DNA of 45,904 nt, from contig JBLHSI010000001.1 of NCBI GenBank assembly GCA_047626655.1, positions 1 through 45,904 of the forward strand. Reading direction: 5' to 3'. Below are positions 17,354 through 26,093 of the stretch, in pieces. A program made the translations under genes and the position numbers. Position 1 is the stretch's first letter, and each line of letters begins with the position of its first letter. Source of the DNA: Halioglobus sp. (lineage in GTDB: Bacteria; Pseudomonadota; Gammaproteobacteria; Pseudomonadales; Halieaceae). The notes beneath the pieces are model-generated. The model ran no database searches. It saw only the letters and a program-made list of their open reading frames with translations, and was not told the origin of the DNA.

Positions 17354-19168
17354 ATGAACAGGATTCACTCGCTTTTGGCGCTTACGTGCCTGCTGCCATT
17401 GCAGCATGTACACGCTCAAGGGACTATCTCTGGATTTGACCACTTCAGCTCACTGGTTGAATGGCAGGAGTCTTCTGGGCGCGAAGTAACGCCGCTGCAT
17501 GCATCGTTACTGCCAACCGGTGACATATTGTTTGTCAGCTACTTCAAGTTTTTTGAAGATCCGGAGTTAGATTTAACAACACCTGGATTTATACCTGAAT
17601 TTGCCTTTGTCATGGCCCCCGGCGCGCCTTATGTGCCTCCACCTGCAACAGTAACCGTGCAACCCGAGCTGATTCCATTCTCTCTCACCCTTGATATCGA
17701 TGAGCAAACGAATACCGCGTACTACAAAAGCCTAGTCTGCAGCGGCCACTCCTTAATGGAAGATGGCAGCTTGTTTTTCGGTAGCGGTACCGACGTTGAA
17801 ATCGATTTGGATCTTTATAACAGCGGTCAGCTTACAGAGAGCTTGGTTGTCGATGGATTGACTGAATCGCTCACTTACAACCCGTTTGGCCAAAGCTGGA
17901 TTCAAAACCCCGATACTATTGGCGCGGGGCCATTACTCGATAGGCCCGGACGCTGGTATGGCACCGTCACCAGACTCGCCGATTCAAGAATGTTACTGAC
18001 AGGCGGATATGAGAAAGTTGTGCCGGATAATTCTTACAACAATACGGTGGAGATTTTTGATCCGACAACAAACGCCTGGTCTATTGTTTCTGATTTAAAT
18101 GATACGCCGTTGGGCATTGAAAACCCCGATTATCCTCATGTGTTCCAGTACCCATTGGATTTCGGCTCCTACGGTTTGGTGCTAATGATTGGCGGTTCAG
18201 GAGAACCCAAGTTCTTGATGATGGATGGCGCCAACACATTTTGGTATGAGACCGGAAAGTATCGACCCGGAGCCCAGGAATATATCGATGCAAAAGCACC
18301 CGCTAAGGTCTTTCCCAATCATGGATCCTCTAGTGCTATGTTGCCTCTTCGGCTACCCGGTGATGGCTGGGGCTATACCAATGGTAGCGTCGTTAATGTA
18401 GGCGGCGCCCATATGACACCTATGGAAGGCAATGTTGACGTTTTTGATACGGGTTTAAATGAGTGGCTACCCTCCGTTAGCATGGGAGGTTTGCGCCATC
18501 ATGCATCAACGGTAATTCTTCCAGATGGTCGCATACTTATCCTCGGCGGCCACGATGACATGAGCCCTGTTAAGGAGACTGGGTTGGCGCTATACGTAGA
18601 CCCCAAAAACAATTTTGAAGTGACTAAAGGTTTGTCGGTCATGGCAGAAACACGCGGCTACCACACGGTGTCACTGTTAATACCCGATGGACGCGTATTA
18701 ATCGGTAGCGGTAACCCCGGTGGTAAGGAAGGCTTTGAGTTGCCCAATTTCCGCTACTACTATCCCGATTACATGTTTGAGCCTCGACCACGAATCGTCT
18801 CTATCAAGGAGACCATGGAGATGGCTAAATATTCGCTGCTCTTTGTGCCGCATTTAACGAATGTCGAGGAGGCAGTGCTCATTGGACTGGGCTCCATGAC
18901 ACACTCTTTTGATATGAGCCAGAGGAGCGTGCAACTTGCCGTGACCGACATGGCGATTATAATTCAATTGACTGCGCAGGGATGGGCAACCGTTGGTCCA
19001 GAGGAATGTGTGAGTCAACCGGAAAGCTGCTTCGATTTACATGCAATACGGGCACCTGAGTCAGAACAGATGGCACCTCCAGGTTATTATATGCTGTCTA
19101 TTCTCGATGAAAACCGTGTTCCATCACCTGCTAAAATGGTGAAACTAGAACGTAGCCCTAGTGCGTAA
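17354..19168 (+). CDS. secreted copper radical oxidase (galactose oxidase / glyoxal oxidase-like, AA5-type, with C-terminal DUF1929-like domain)
   Basis: Signal peptide MNRIHSLLALTCLLPLQHVHAQG. VCSGHS (Cys129, 17738-17740), GRWYGT (Tyr202, 17957-17959), RGYHTVSLLIPDGRVL (Tyr436-His437, 18659-18664) and MTHSFD (His517, 18902-18904) match the Cys-Tyr cofactor and Cu ligands of galactose/glyoxal oxidases. AAAGAGG precedes the ATG. Confidence 0.8.
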   Translation: MNRIHSLLALTCLLPLQHVHAQGTISGFDHFSSLVEWQESSGREVTPLHASLLPTGDILFVSYFKFFEDPELDLTTPGFIPEFAFVMAPGAPYVPPPATVTVQPELIPFSLTLDIDEQTNTAYYKSLVCSGHSLMEDGSLFFGSGTDVEIDLDLYNSGQLTESLVVDGLTESLTYNPFGQSWIQNPDTIGAGPLLDRPGRWYGTVTRLADSRMLLTGGYEKVVPDNSYNNTVEIFDPTTNAWSIVSDLNDTPLGIENPDYPHVFQYPLDFGSYGLVLMIGGSGEPKFLMMDGANTFWYETGKYRPGAQEYIDAKAPAKVFPNHGSSSAMLPLRLPGDGWGYTNGSVVNVGGAHMTPMEGNVDVFDTGLNEWLPSVSMGGLRHHASTVILPDGRILILGGHDDMSPVKETGLALYVDPKNNFEVTKGLSVMAETRGYHTVSLLIPDGRVLIGSGNPGGKEGFELPNFRYYYPDYMFEPRPRIVSIKETMEMAKYSLLFVPHLTNVEEAVLIGLGSMTHSFDMSQRSVQLAVTDMAIIIQLTAQGWATVGPEECVSQPESCFDLHAIRAPESEQMAPPGYYMLSILDENRVPSPAKMVKLERSPSA

Positions 19169-19200
19169 GCCGAGAACTTGGTCTAGTCAAGGATCCCTAG

Positions 19201-20154
19201 TTAGGGTTCTTTGACGGGTCGACTTTCTTGCGGTGGTGCAAACAAGTTGTGGATGTAGCGTCGTGTGACAGTTAATGGACGTGTTGCAAGATAGCGTATA
19301 GAGCCCTTCTTAAAGATTCTTATTAGTCCTTGCCATACATCCGTTTTTGTCAGGATTTCTAGTAGGCCAATATGTGCCTGATGGACTTCTCTGCGGTGTT
19401 TCAAAAGTGCTTTATCGATTAGCGGTTCGCAGATATCAAGAATTTCCAGGACTTCGTAGTGCACAGTGATTTTCGATGTTCCGGAATAAGAAATACTCTC
19501 CTCGTGTTTGCGATACCAGCAGCATAGTTCTGGTAATGCAGCGGCTAAGTAGCCTCTGGCCACCATTAGAATGTAGTAGTAGTCTGAGATTAGGACAATG
19601 CTGGGTGGAATGCCGCCTATTTCGAGTACTGCCGATCGGCGCAGAACGACAGAACTGTATGATATAAAAGAGGGCATGGTGATAAGCTTTTGGAATACAT
19701 CACCTTGCGGGAGTTCATTTCTATTGTGCCACCGATCGAAGGGCTCTACTTTTTCGGATTGATAAAACTGCAGGGCCCAGCCATAGACTATTCCGAGCTT
19801 TCCAGAAGTATCCCGATCAATGGCGGCGCTCTGTAGCGCCAGTTTATTTGCTGGCCAGATATCGTCATGATCCAGGAACGCTAGCCAGTCTCCCTTGGCA
19901 AAGTGCACCACCAAATTACGCGCTGGTCCGACGGTAGTATGTTCAGGTGCGTAGAAGTATTTGACTCTATCATCATCAAGGTCTTTACAAATCGCAGCAG
20001 TGTTGTCTGTAGACTGGTTGTCCCAAATAATGAGTTCCCAGTCGGTACAGGTTTGAGCGAATACGCTTTCTAGCGCTTCCGGTAAGTATTTTTCCCCATT
20101 GTATGCGTTGATAATGATGGAAAACTTTGGGGTTTTCGATTCACTCTTGTTCAT
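19201..20154 (-). CDS. family 2 glycosyltransferase
   Basis: FSIIINAYNGEKYL..ALESVFAQT..ELIIWDNQSTD and FLDHDD (DxD) motifs. Start taken as ATG 20154 (MNKSESKTPKFSIII); the ORF-track start at 20283 adds a non-homologous extension that covers a palindromic site. Confidence 0.8.
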   Translation of the reverse strand: MNKSESKTPKFSIIINAYNGEKYLPEALESVFAQTCTDWELIIWDNQSTDNTAAICKDLDDDRVKYFYAPEHTTVGPARNLVVHFAKGDWLAFLDHDDIWPANKLALQSAAIDRDTSGKLGIVYGWALQFYQSEKVEPFDRWHNRNELPQGDVFQKLITMPSFISYSSVVLRRSAVLEIGGIPPSIVLISDYYYILMVARGYLAAALPELCCWYRKHEESISYSGTSKITVHYEVLEILDICEPLIDKALLKHRREVHQAHIGLLEILTKTDVWQGLIRIFKKGSIRYLATRPLTVTRRYIHNLFAPPQESRPVKEP

Positions 20155-20201
20155 GATTATTATTAACTGACTATGACCTATAAGCATACGCGAACCACCC
20201 G

Positions 20202-20214
20202 ACAATTCAATTGT
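20202..20214. promoter_or_regulatory. palindrome ACAATT-C-AATTGT, candidate operator
   Basis: 6-bp perfect arms. It shares the AATTCAA core with the palindrome at 20501-20520 in the same divergent intergenic region. Confidence 0.3.
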
Positions 20215-20500
20215 TGATGAATAAGCTCGCTCCGTTATTGTCGAAAAGTCGCCATTTTGTGCACTTTCTAGGATTGTGCTCACTGCGCGGTAAAAAAAAT
20301 GCCCAAACGTGGCCTTTTAACGCTTATTTTATGAGTTGGGAAGGCCCTGGCCTTTTGTTTATCGAGGAGAAATGTTTGATGCGTTGTGGGGCATAAGAAA
20401 TTGAGGTACCAGTTCACAAAACGGAGATAATTACAGCAATTCGATCTAAGTGGCGCAACTATCTGCATAACTTAGTATGGGTTGTGGTTTGATCTTCCTT

Positions 20501-20520
20501 ATAATTCAACATTGAATTAT
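20501..20520. promoter_or_regulatory. palindrome ATAATTCAA-CA-TTGAATTAT, candidate operator
   Basis: 9-bp perfect inverted arms ending 17 nt upstream of ATG 20538, just 5' of the AAGGA ribosome-binding site. Confidence 0.4.
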
Positions 20521-20537
20521 ACAAACAAGGACCTGAA

Positions 20538-21440
20538 ATGCAGGAGTTGGGATACGCTTGTTCCGCCTATGCCGAATCTCTGAGTGAATTTGGTACTCCG
20601 CAGCGGCTTGCTGAATCGGGAGGATGGATTTTGGAGAGGACTATCGCCGATTCGCGACTGCGAGATGCAATAGGGTGTTATCCAATTTTCAGCTGTACCG
20701 ATTGGTCGAAAATTCATTTGGATTTTGAAAACATCGGCGATGACTTGGTCAGTTTGTCTATGATCCCCGATCCGTTCGGCGATTACGACGTGGCCTACTT
20801 GAGAGAGTCCTTCAAGGACTTGGTGATACCTTTCAAGCAACACTATGTTATTGATATGGAGCGACCAGTAGAGGATATCGTCTCGCGCCATCACAAAGCA
20901 GCTGTTCGCAAAGCGCAGGGAAAAATTCAAACTGAAGTGTGTCTTAAGCCGTTAGAAATTCTAGACGAGTGGGTTGCCTTGCATCAGAACCTGGTTGCCA
21001 AACACGGTATTACGGGTGTGCGTGCTTTTTCCAGGCGGTCCTTTGAGCGGCAGTTAAGCACACCGGGATTAGTCGTTTTGCTGGCAAAGCACAATAACGA
21101 AATAGTGGGTGCACAGTTGTGGTTTCAGCATGCCAATGTAGCCTACGGGCATGTTCTGGCTTTTAGTGATCTGGGTTACAAACTTGGCGCAAGCTACGCT
21201 TTGTATTGGTTTGCGCTAAATTATTTTTCTGACAAGGTGCGATGGTGTGACCTTGGTGGCGTGGCAGGAAACAAAGACAGCGCGGAAAGTGGTCTTCACA
21301 AATTTAAAGAAGGGTGGTCAACGGGGCAGCAAACGGCTTATCTTTGTGGCCGAATTTTAAACCCATCACGTTATAAAGAGCTGGTAAAAAAAAACGCACT
21401 AACCGCTGATTTTTTCCCGGCCTACAGGCAGGCTTTCTGA
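20538..21440 (+). CDS. FemAB-like / GNAT-fold (Acetyltransf_6-type) transferase
   Basis: 300 aa. The C-terminal half (NEIVGAQLWF..AYGHV.AFS..G.KLGASYALYW..GLHKFKEGWS) resembles the FemAB/BioF2-like acyl- or aminoacyl-transferase fold. This rests on motif recollection, not a search. Confidence 0.5.
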   Translation: MQELGYACSAYAESLSEFGTPQRLAESGGWILERTIADSRLRDAIGCYPIFSCTDWSKIHLDFENIGDDLVSLSMIPDPFGDYDVAYLRESFKDLVIPFKQHYVIDMERPVEDIVSRHHKAAVRKAQGKIQTEVCLKPLEILDEWVALHQNLVAKHGITGVRAFSRRSFERQLSTPGLVVLLAKHNNEIVGAQLWFQHANVAYGHVLAFSDLGYKLGASYALYWFALNYFSDKVRWCDLGGVAGNKDSAESGLHKFKEGWSTGQQTAYLCGRILNPSRYKELVKKNALTADFFPAYRQAF

Positions 21441-21496
21441 GCGCCTGTTAGTGCAGCTACTGTATACTCAATACGAACAAGGGAGTCCTTATCACG

Positions 21497-22654
21497 ATGA
21501 CGGTTGTCGACGGAAATAATAAATCAATGGTTGCGGCCGCTAAGCCGCTTTTTCCGGCAGAAGATATTGCCAGTCTTCAGAACACGTTTGGCAAAATACT
21601 AGAGTCGGGTCGCCTTATCTTGGGTGAACAAACGCATGGCTTCGAAGAAGAATTTAAATCTTATGTCGGCGCACAGTACGCTGTTGCTGTTAGTAGCTGT
21701 ACTGCTGCTATTCAAATCGCGTTGCGATACTACAAGGTAGCGGGTCGCGAGGTTATTTTGCCAACCAATAACTTTGTTGGTGTGGTGAGCGCTGTGATTG
21801 CAGAGGGTGGGCTACCCGTGTTGGCAGAAATGAACCCGGATACTTTTTGCGGCACTACAGATGATATTCTAAATCGAATCACCGACAACACAGCCGGGAT
21901 TATTATCGTCCATATCGCAGGACTTATCTCGCCTGATGTAGAGCGCCTGAGTAAAGTGTGTGAAGAGAGAGGCCTATTTTTACTTGAAGATGCCTCGCAC
22001 GCGCACGGTGCTTCAATTGATGGTCAAAAAGCGGGTGCTTTGACAGAAGTGGGTTGTTTCTCTTTTTATCCCACCAAGATGTTGACTACATGCGTTGGCG
22101 GTATGCTGACTACGCGTAATCCCGAACTGGCGTCTTATGCGCGTTCTGTTCGTCATCACGGGGTAGGCGGCAGCCTCGAAGATATTGTGCTTTTGGGAAA
22201 CGACTGGTGCATGAGTGAAATCCATGCCGCCATGGGCCGCTCTCAGTTACTTCGAGTGGACGATAATGTTGATCATCGCAACGAAATGGTCGCTCGCTAT
22301 CGGGCGGGCTTGCAAGACAAGTCCTGGTTGACGATACCCAGCTATCCAGACAATATTCGGCACGCTTATTACAAGTTTCCGACGTTGCTCGCGGAGCAGG
22401 CTGACTGCTTGAAATTTCGACGAATGTTGTTCGAAGACTATGGAGTAGAGAATGGTGCGATCTATAATCCACCTTGTCATCTGCAACCGGTACTTCGACA
22501 GAGATATGGCTTTAGCGAAGGCCTATTCCCAATTGCAGAATCAGTTTTGAATCGTCAATTGTGCCCGCCTATTCATTCGGCCATTACAGAAGCGGAGGTC
22601 GATCGAGTGATCGAATCGATCATCGCGGTGGCGCAGCGTTGTGGTTTGGAGTAG
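21497..22654 (+). CDS. DegT/DnrJ/EryC1/StrS-family PLP-dependent sugar aminotransferase
   Basis: Motifs LGEQTHGFEEEFKSYVGAQYAVAVSSCTAA, DASHAHGA and FSFYPTKMLTT (PLP lysine). AAGGGAG precedes the ATG. Confidence 0.85.
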   Translation: MTVVDGNNKSMVAAAKPLFPAEDIASLQNTFGKILESGRLILGEQTHGFEEEFKSYVGAQYAVAVSSCTAAIQIALRYYKVAGREVILPTNNFVGVVSAVIAEGGLPVLAEMNPDTFCGTTDDILNRITDNTAGIIIVHIAGLISPDVERLSKVCEERGLFLLEDASHAHGASIDGQKAGALTEVGCFSFYPTKMLTTCVGGMLTTRNPELASYARSVRHHGVGGSLEDIVLLGNDWCMSEIHAAMGRSQLLRVDDNVDHRNEMVARYRAGLQDKSWLTIPSYPDNIRHAYYKFPTLLAEQADCLKFRRMLFEDYGVENGAIYNPPCHLQPVLRQRYGFSEGLFPIAESVLNRQLCPPIHSAITEAEVDRVIESIIAVAQRCGLE

Positions 22655-22736
22655 CTAGCGCCCGCGACGAGTCGGCTGTGGTAGAACACATTTTCCCGCG
22701 GCAAATCAACTATGAGTCTTAATCCAGGAAAGAGAG

Positions 22737-23549
22737 ATGGCAGAAAAGGTCAGTGAAAATATGGGACGTTTGTCTGGCAAAGTGGCTATCGTTGCCGGTG
22801 CCGCATCTGCAAGCGGTGCAGTAGGGATAGGCGCGGCTACTGCCACCTTATTTGCCCGTGAAGGCGCTAAGGTTCTTTTGGTCAACCGCACTCAGGACCG
22901 CGTGAAACGGCTGTGTGAAGAGATTATTGAACAAGGTGGTGATTGTTCGGTATTCGTTGGAGATGTAACACAGGAAGACGATGTTAAGCGTATGGTTGAA
23001 GCGGCGCTTACGACTTACGGGCAAATCGATATTTTGCATAATAATGCCGGTGCGGGTGCGCCCGGGACAGTGGTGAATGTAGAGCAGGCCGTTTGGGACA
23101 ATGCGATGAATACGAATTTACGGGCAACCATGCTGACTTGTAAATACAGTATTCCTCATATGATTGCTTCGGGCGGAGGCTCTATTATCAACACTTCGAC
23201 TGTGGGTGCTACGCAGGGGTTTCGTCGAGGCGATATAGGTTTTGCTGCCTATACGGCCTCCAAGGCCGGCTTGATTGGTTTGACTCTATCGATAGCGGCA
23301 GACTATGCCGCCGAGGGCATTCGGGCCAATAGCCTCATTGTTGGAATGGTGAACACGCCGGCGCTCGACAAATTTGGCGAAGAGGCGCGTGAAAAGCGTC
23401 GCTTAGCGGTACCCCTGCAAACCGAAGGCACACCGTGGGATGTGGCTTCGGCCGCAGTGTATTTAGCAAGCGAGGAGGCGCGCTGGGTTACCGGCATTTC
23501 GCTGCCAATAGATGGCGGACAAATGAACCTGCGTCAGTGGCCGGGCTAA
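22737..23549 (+). CDS. short-chain dehydrogenase/reductase (SDR)
   Basis: GKVAIVAGAASASGAVGIG cofactor motif, NNAG, catalytic YTASKAG (YxxxK), and PIDGG at the C-terminus. Confidence 0.85.
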   Translation: MAEKVSENMGRLSGKVAIVAGAASASGAVGIGAATATLFAREGAKVLLVNRTQDRVKRLCEEIIEQGGDCSVFVGDVTQEDDVKRMVEAALTTYGQIDILHNNAGAGAPGTVVNVEQAVWDNAMNTNLRATMLTCKYSIPHMIASGGGSIINTSTVGATQGFRRGDIGFAAYTASKAGLIGLTLSIAADYAAEGIRANSLIVGMVNTPALDKFGEEAREKRRLAVPLQTEGTPWDVASAAVYLASEEARWVTGISLPIDGGQMNLRQWPG

Positions 23550-23560
23550 AACGCTAGCGC

Positions 23561-24742
23561 TTACTCTTTTTCTTTATTGAAAAACTTCAGTGGTTCATAC
23601 ACTTCTTTGGCCAAAGCGTCATGCAGTGCCGCTTTGCTTTTGTAGTTCTTGAGTACCAGTTGCGCCATTTTGACATAGCCGTCTACGACTGCATCCCAGC
23701 GATAAAGAGAGTCCGAACGACTCTTAGCAAGGATACGCAGTGCTGACACTTTCTCTGGGTCGTTATCAAGCTCTTGAATTATGGAAGCGAGATGGTTATC
23801 TCTTTTGGAAAAGAACATGCCGTCGTCGGTCATGACTTGGCGATGAAAAATGACGTCCATTGCCACCGGCGCGGCCGACATGTGCATTGCGTTCAACAAG
23901 CTGGGATTAGTGCCTCCCACTTCATGTCCATGCAAATACACATAAGAATTTTCGAACAAGGCGTTGAGTTTGTTCTTTTGGTAGATCGACCCTATGCAAT
24001 GCACAATCTCGTCATCTTCAGCGGCGATAGCTCTGCCGTAAGGTGTGTCATATCGAGCGTCACCCACCACAATAAGTGGTTTGGTAGACTTTGCCTTGCG
24101 ATACTCACGGATAATGACATCGATATTATTGTCGGGCTCTATTCGTGCGACACAAAGGTAGTATTCGCCTTTGGTCAAGCCAAATTCTTTTAAGATAGAT
24201 TCGTCAGAATGGTCTCCCACTTCTCCTGCATAGGGAATAAAACTGCTTTTTGATTTGTATTCCTCTACATAGTAGTCCTGCATCGCCTTAGAGTCTGTGA
24301 CTAGCCAATGCGCGAATAAAGCGGAGATTTTTTCAGACCATTTATAGTAGCGTTGCTGTAGCGGGCTCCATTTCTGGCGTTTCCAGCCCATTCCGTCGGT
24401 ATGAATGATCACAGGGTGTCCACGGACTCGAAGCGGCAGAACAAAAGGGCCATTCCCGGGGTCCAAAACCAAGACTACATCGTAGCTACAAAAAGCAGCA
24501 TGCAGTATGGCGATATTGCTGTGTACGATACTCTCGAGGCTTTTGCCACCTGGGGCGGGCAGATAAACACATTTTACCCCGTTGTAGAGCGGAGGCTTGC
24601 TGTCGTAGTAATTACTGCGGCAATAGACAGTTACTTCAAATCCATACTCTGCGACCATGCGCGTCGCCATTTGTTCGACCAACGTGCTAAAACCACTGTA
24701 TTTAGCGGGAATACCCCGGTCACCAATTATTGCGAGTTTCAT
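23561..24742 (-). CDS. DUF1972-type family 4 glycosyltransferase
   Basis: MKLAIIGDRGIPAKYSGFSTLVEQ is the characteristic DUF1972 N-terminus. C-terminal GT-B motif: HGHEVGGTNPSLLNAM. Confidence 0.8.
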   Translation of the reverse strand: MKLAIIGDRGIPAKYSGFSTLVEQMATRMVAEYGFEVTVYCRSNYYDSKPPLYNGVKCVYLPAPGGKSLESIVHSNIAILHAAFCSYDVVLVLDPGNGPFVLPLRVRGHPVIIHTDGMGWKRQKWSPLQQRYYKWSEKISALFAHWLVTDSKAMQDYYVEEYKSKSSFIPYAGEVGDHSDESILKEFGLTKGEYYLCVARIEPDNNIDVIIREYRKAKSTKPLIVVGDARYDTPYGRAIAAEDDEIVHCIGSIYQKNKLNALFENSYVYLHGHEVGGTNPSLLNAMHMSAAPVAMDVIFHRQVMTDDGMFFSKRDNHLASIIQELDNDPEKVSALRILAKSRSDSLYRWDAVVDGYVKMAQLVLKNYKSKAALHDALAKEVYEPLKFFNKEKE

Positions 24743-24824
24743 ATTTTATTCTTCTATTGAGGCCAAGGTAACGCAGATCTGAAATAGGTAGAAGCGTCAC
24801 CCGGAGGTCTGTTTTAGTTAGTTT

Positions 24825-25991
24825 TCACTGTAGTCCGTATTGCTCGGCAATGCCGATTTCACTCTCTGGCAAGGAGGCTATTTTCGCATACATTGCCAGA
24901 TAGTCCTGCTTCAATTCAAGCCAGTTATACTTGCGACTGATTTCTTCGCCATTGCTCAATGCTACTAATTTCTCTGGATGGTCTACCAGTTCTCTAACCC
25001 GGTTTGCTAAATTCCCTTCGACATTCATGTCGAGAGCTGCAGGCTCGTTATTCATCAACCAGAGAAAATGAGGTGCATTATGCGTTAATAATGGGAGGCC
25101 GGTTGAAGCACCCTCGATTAATGCCAGACCAAATGCTTCATAGGTGGCAGCGTGAACCATCAAATCTGCTAAGGTGAATAACTCGCCAACACACTTTGAA
25201 GGCAAATGAGTAATTCTGCAGCGATCCCCCAATTTTTCTTGTGCATATGTTAGTAAATCCAGGTCGCCTTGGTCCATGCTCCCGTCAACCCAAAGCAGAA
25301 TATCGCCTTCAAGTTTGCTAAATTCATCGATTAGGTAATCAGTGCGTTTGTGATAGCGATTGATGGCTGCCACACAGACCACGACAAACGTACTCTCGCT
25401 AATATCATATTTTTCACGCAAATCTTTGCGGCTGTTTGTTACCGAGAAAAAGTCGGGGTTGATCCCCAGAGGAATCACTGTCATAAATTCTGCGGGAATA
25501 TTGTAGTCGATAGCCTCGTTATGGGTAACCTGCGAAATCTGCTGTATGTGGTCCGAGGGCGGATAGTCACTCGCAGGCATTGCGCACCCTTCACAATAGA
25601 GAATACGAAAATTCAGCTTGAACATTCTTCGCAGCTTGTAGAGTATCCTGGTTAGAGGTGGGTCGGCGCAGTGAACTATTTGAAAGCCCTGGCCCCGCAT
25701 AGCGAGTAGTAGGCTTATTGCAAATGTTAAACACTCTACATGATATTCTGTTCTGCCCAGTAACTTGTGAATGGGGAACCATTTCAAAAACCTGCCGTTG
25801 CGAGTAGTAAAGAGAAGCCTGCGCTCTTTTTTTGATTCCTTGCCGCCACCCTTGAACAGGGTAACATCGATGTCATCCTCCAATAAGTCAAAAAGATCTT
25901 GGAACATTCGCTCGAAGCCCCTTTGCACCAAGCCAACACCCGGGCAAGCCATGGCGACTTTTACTCCGCTGGAATTTTTGTTGTCAGTCAT
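24825..25991 (-). CDS. family 4 (group 1) glycosyltransferase
   Basis: GT-B C-terminal motif YEAFGLALIEGASTGLPLLTHN (EX7E-like). Confidence 0.8.
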   Translation of the reverse strand: MTDNKNSSGVKVAMACPGVGLVQRGFERMFQDLFDLLEDDIDVTLFKGGGKESKKERRLLFTTRNGRFLKWFPIHKLLGRTEYHVECLTFAISLLLAMRGQGFQIVHCADPPLTRILYKLRRMFKLNFRILYCEGCAMPASDYPPSDHIQQISQVTHNEAIDYNIPAEFMTVIPLGINPDFFSVTNSRKDLREKYDISESTFVVVCVAAINRYHKRTDYLIDEFSKLEGDILLWVDGSMDQGDLDLLTYAQEKLGDRCRITHLPSKCVGELFTLADLMVHAATYEAFGLALIEGASTGLPLLTHNAPHFLWLMNNEPAALDMNVEGNLANRVRELVDHPEKLVALSNGEEISRKYNWLELKQDYLAMYAKIASLPESEIGIAEQYGLQ

Positions 25992-26093
25992 TGTGCTGCT
26001 GCTGATACATAGGTTTCACCTCTCTTCATAGGAGTGGAGTAAGCATGCTTTGCTCTTGATAGAAATATGACCGGCGTGAGGTCTGTACTGAGA

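Noticed and set aside
15400-19200. Genomic-island borders such as an integrase, transposase, tRNA or direct repeats flanking the polysaccharide locus.
   Set aside because: No mobility gene or tRNA is present in the window. I could not identify flanking direct repeats by eye. The compositional shift alone does not justify calling a mobile element.
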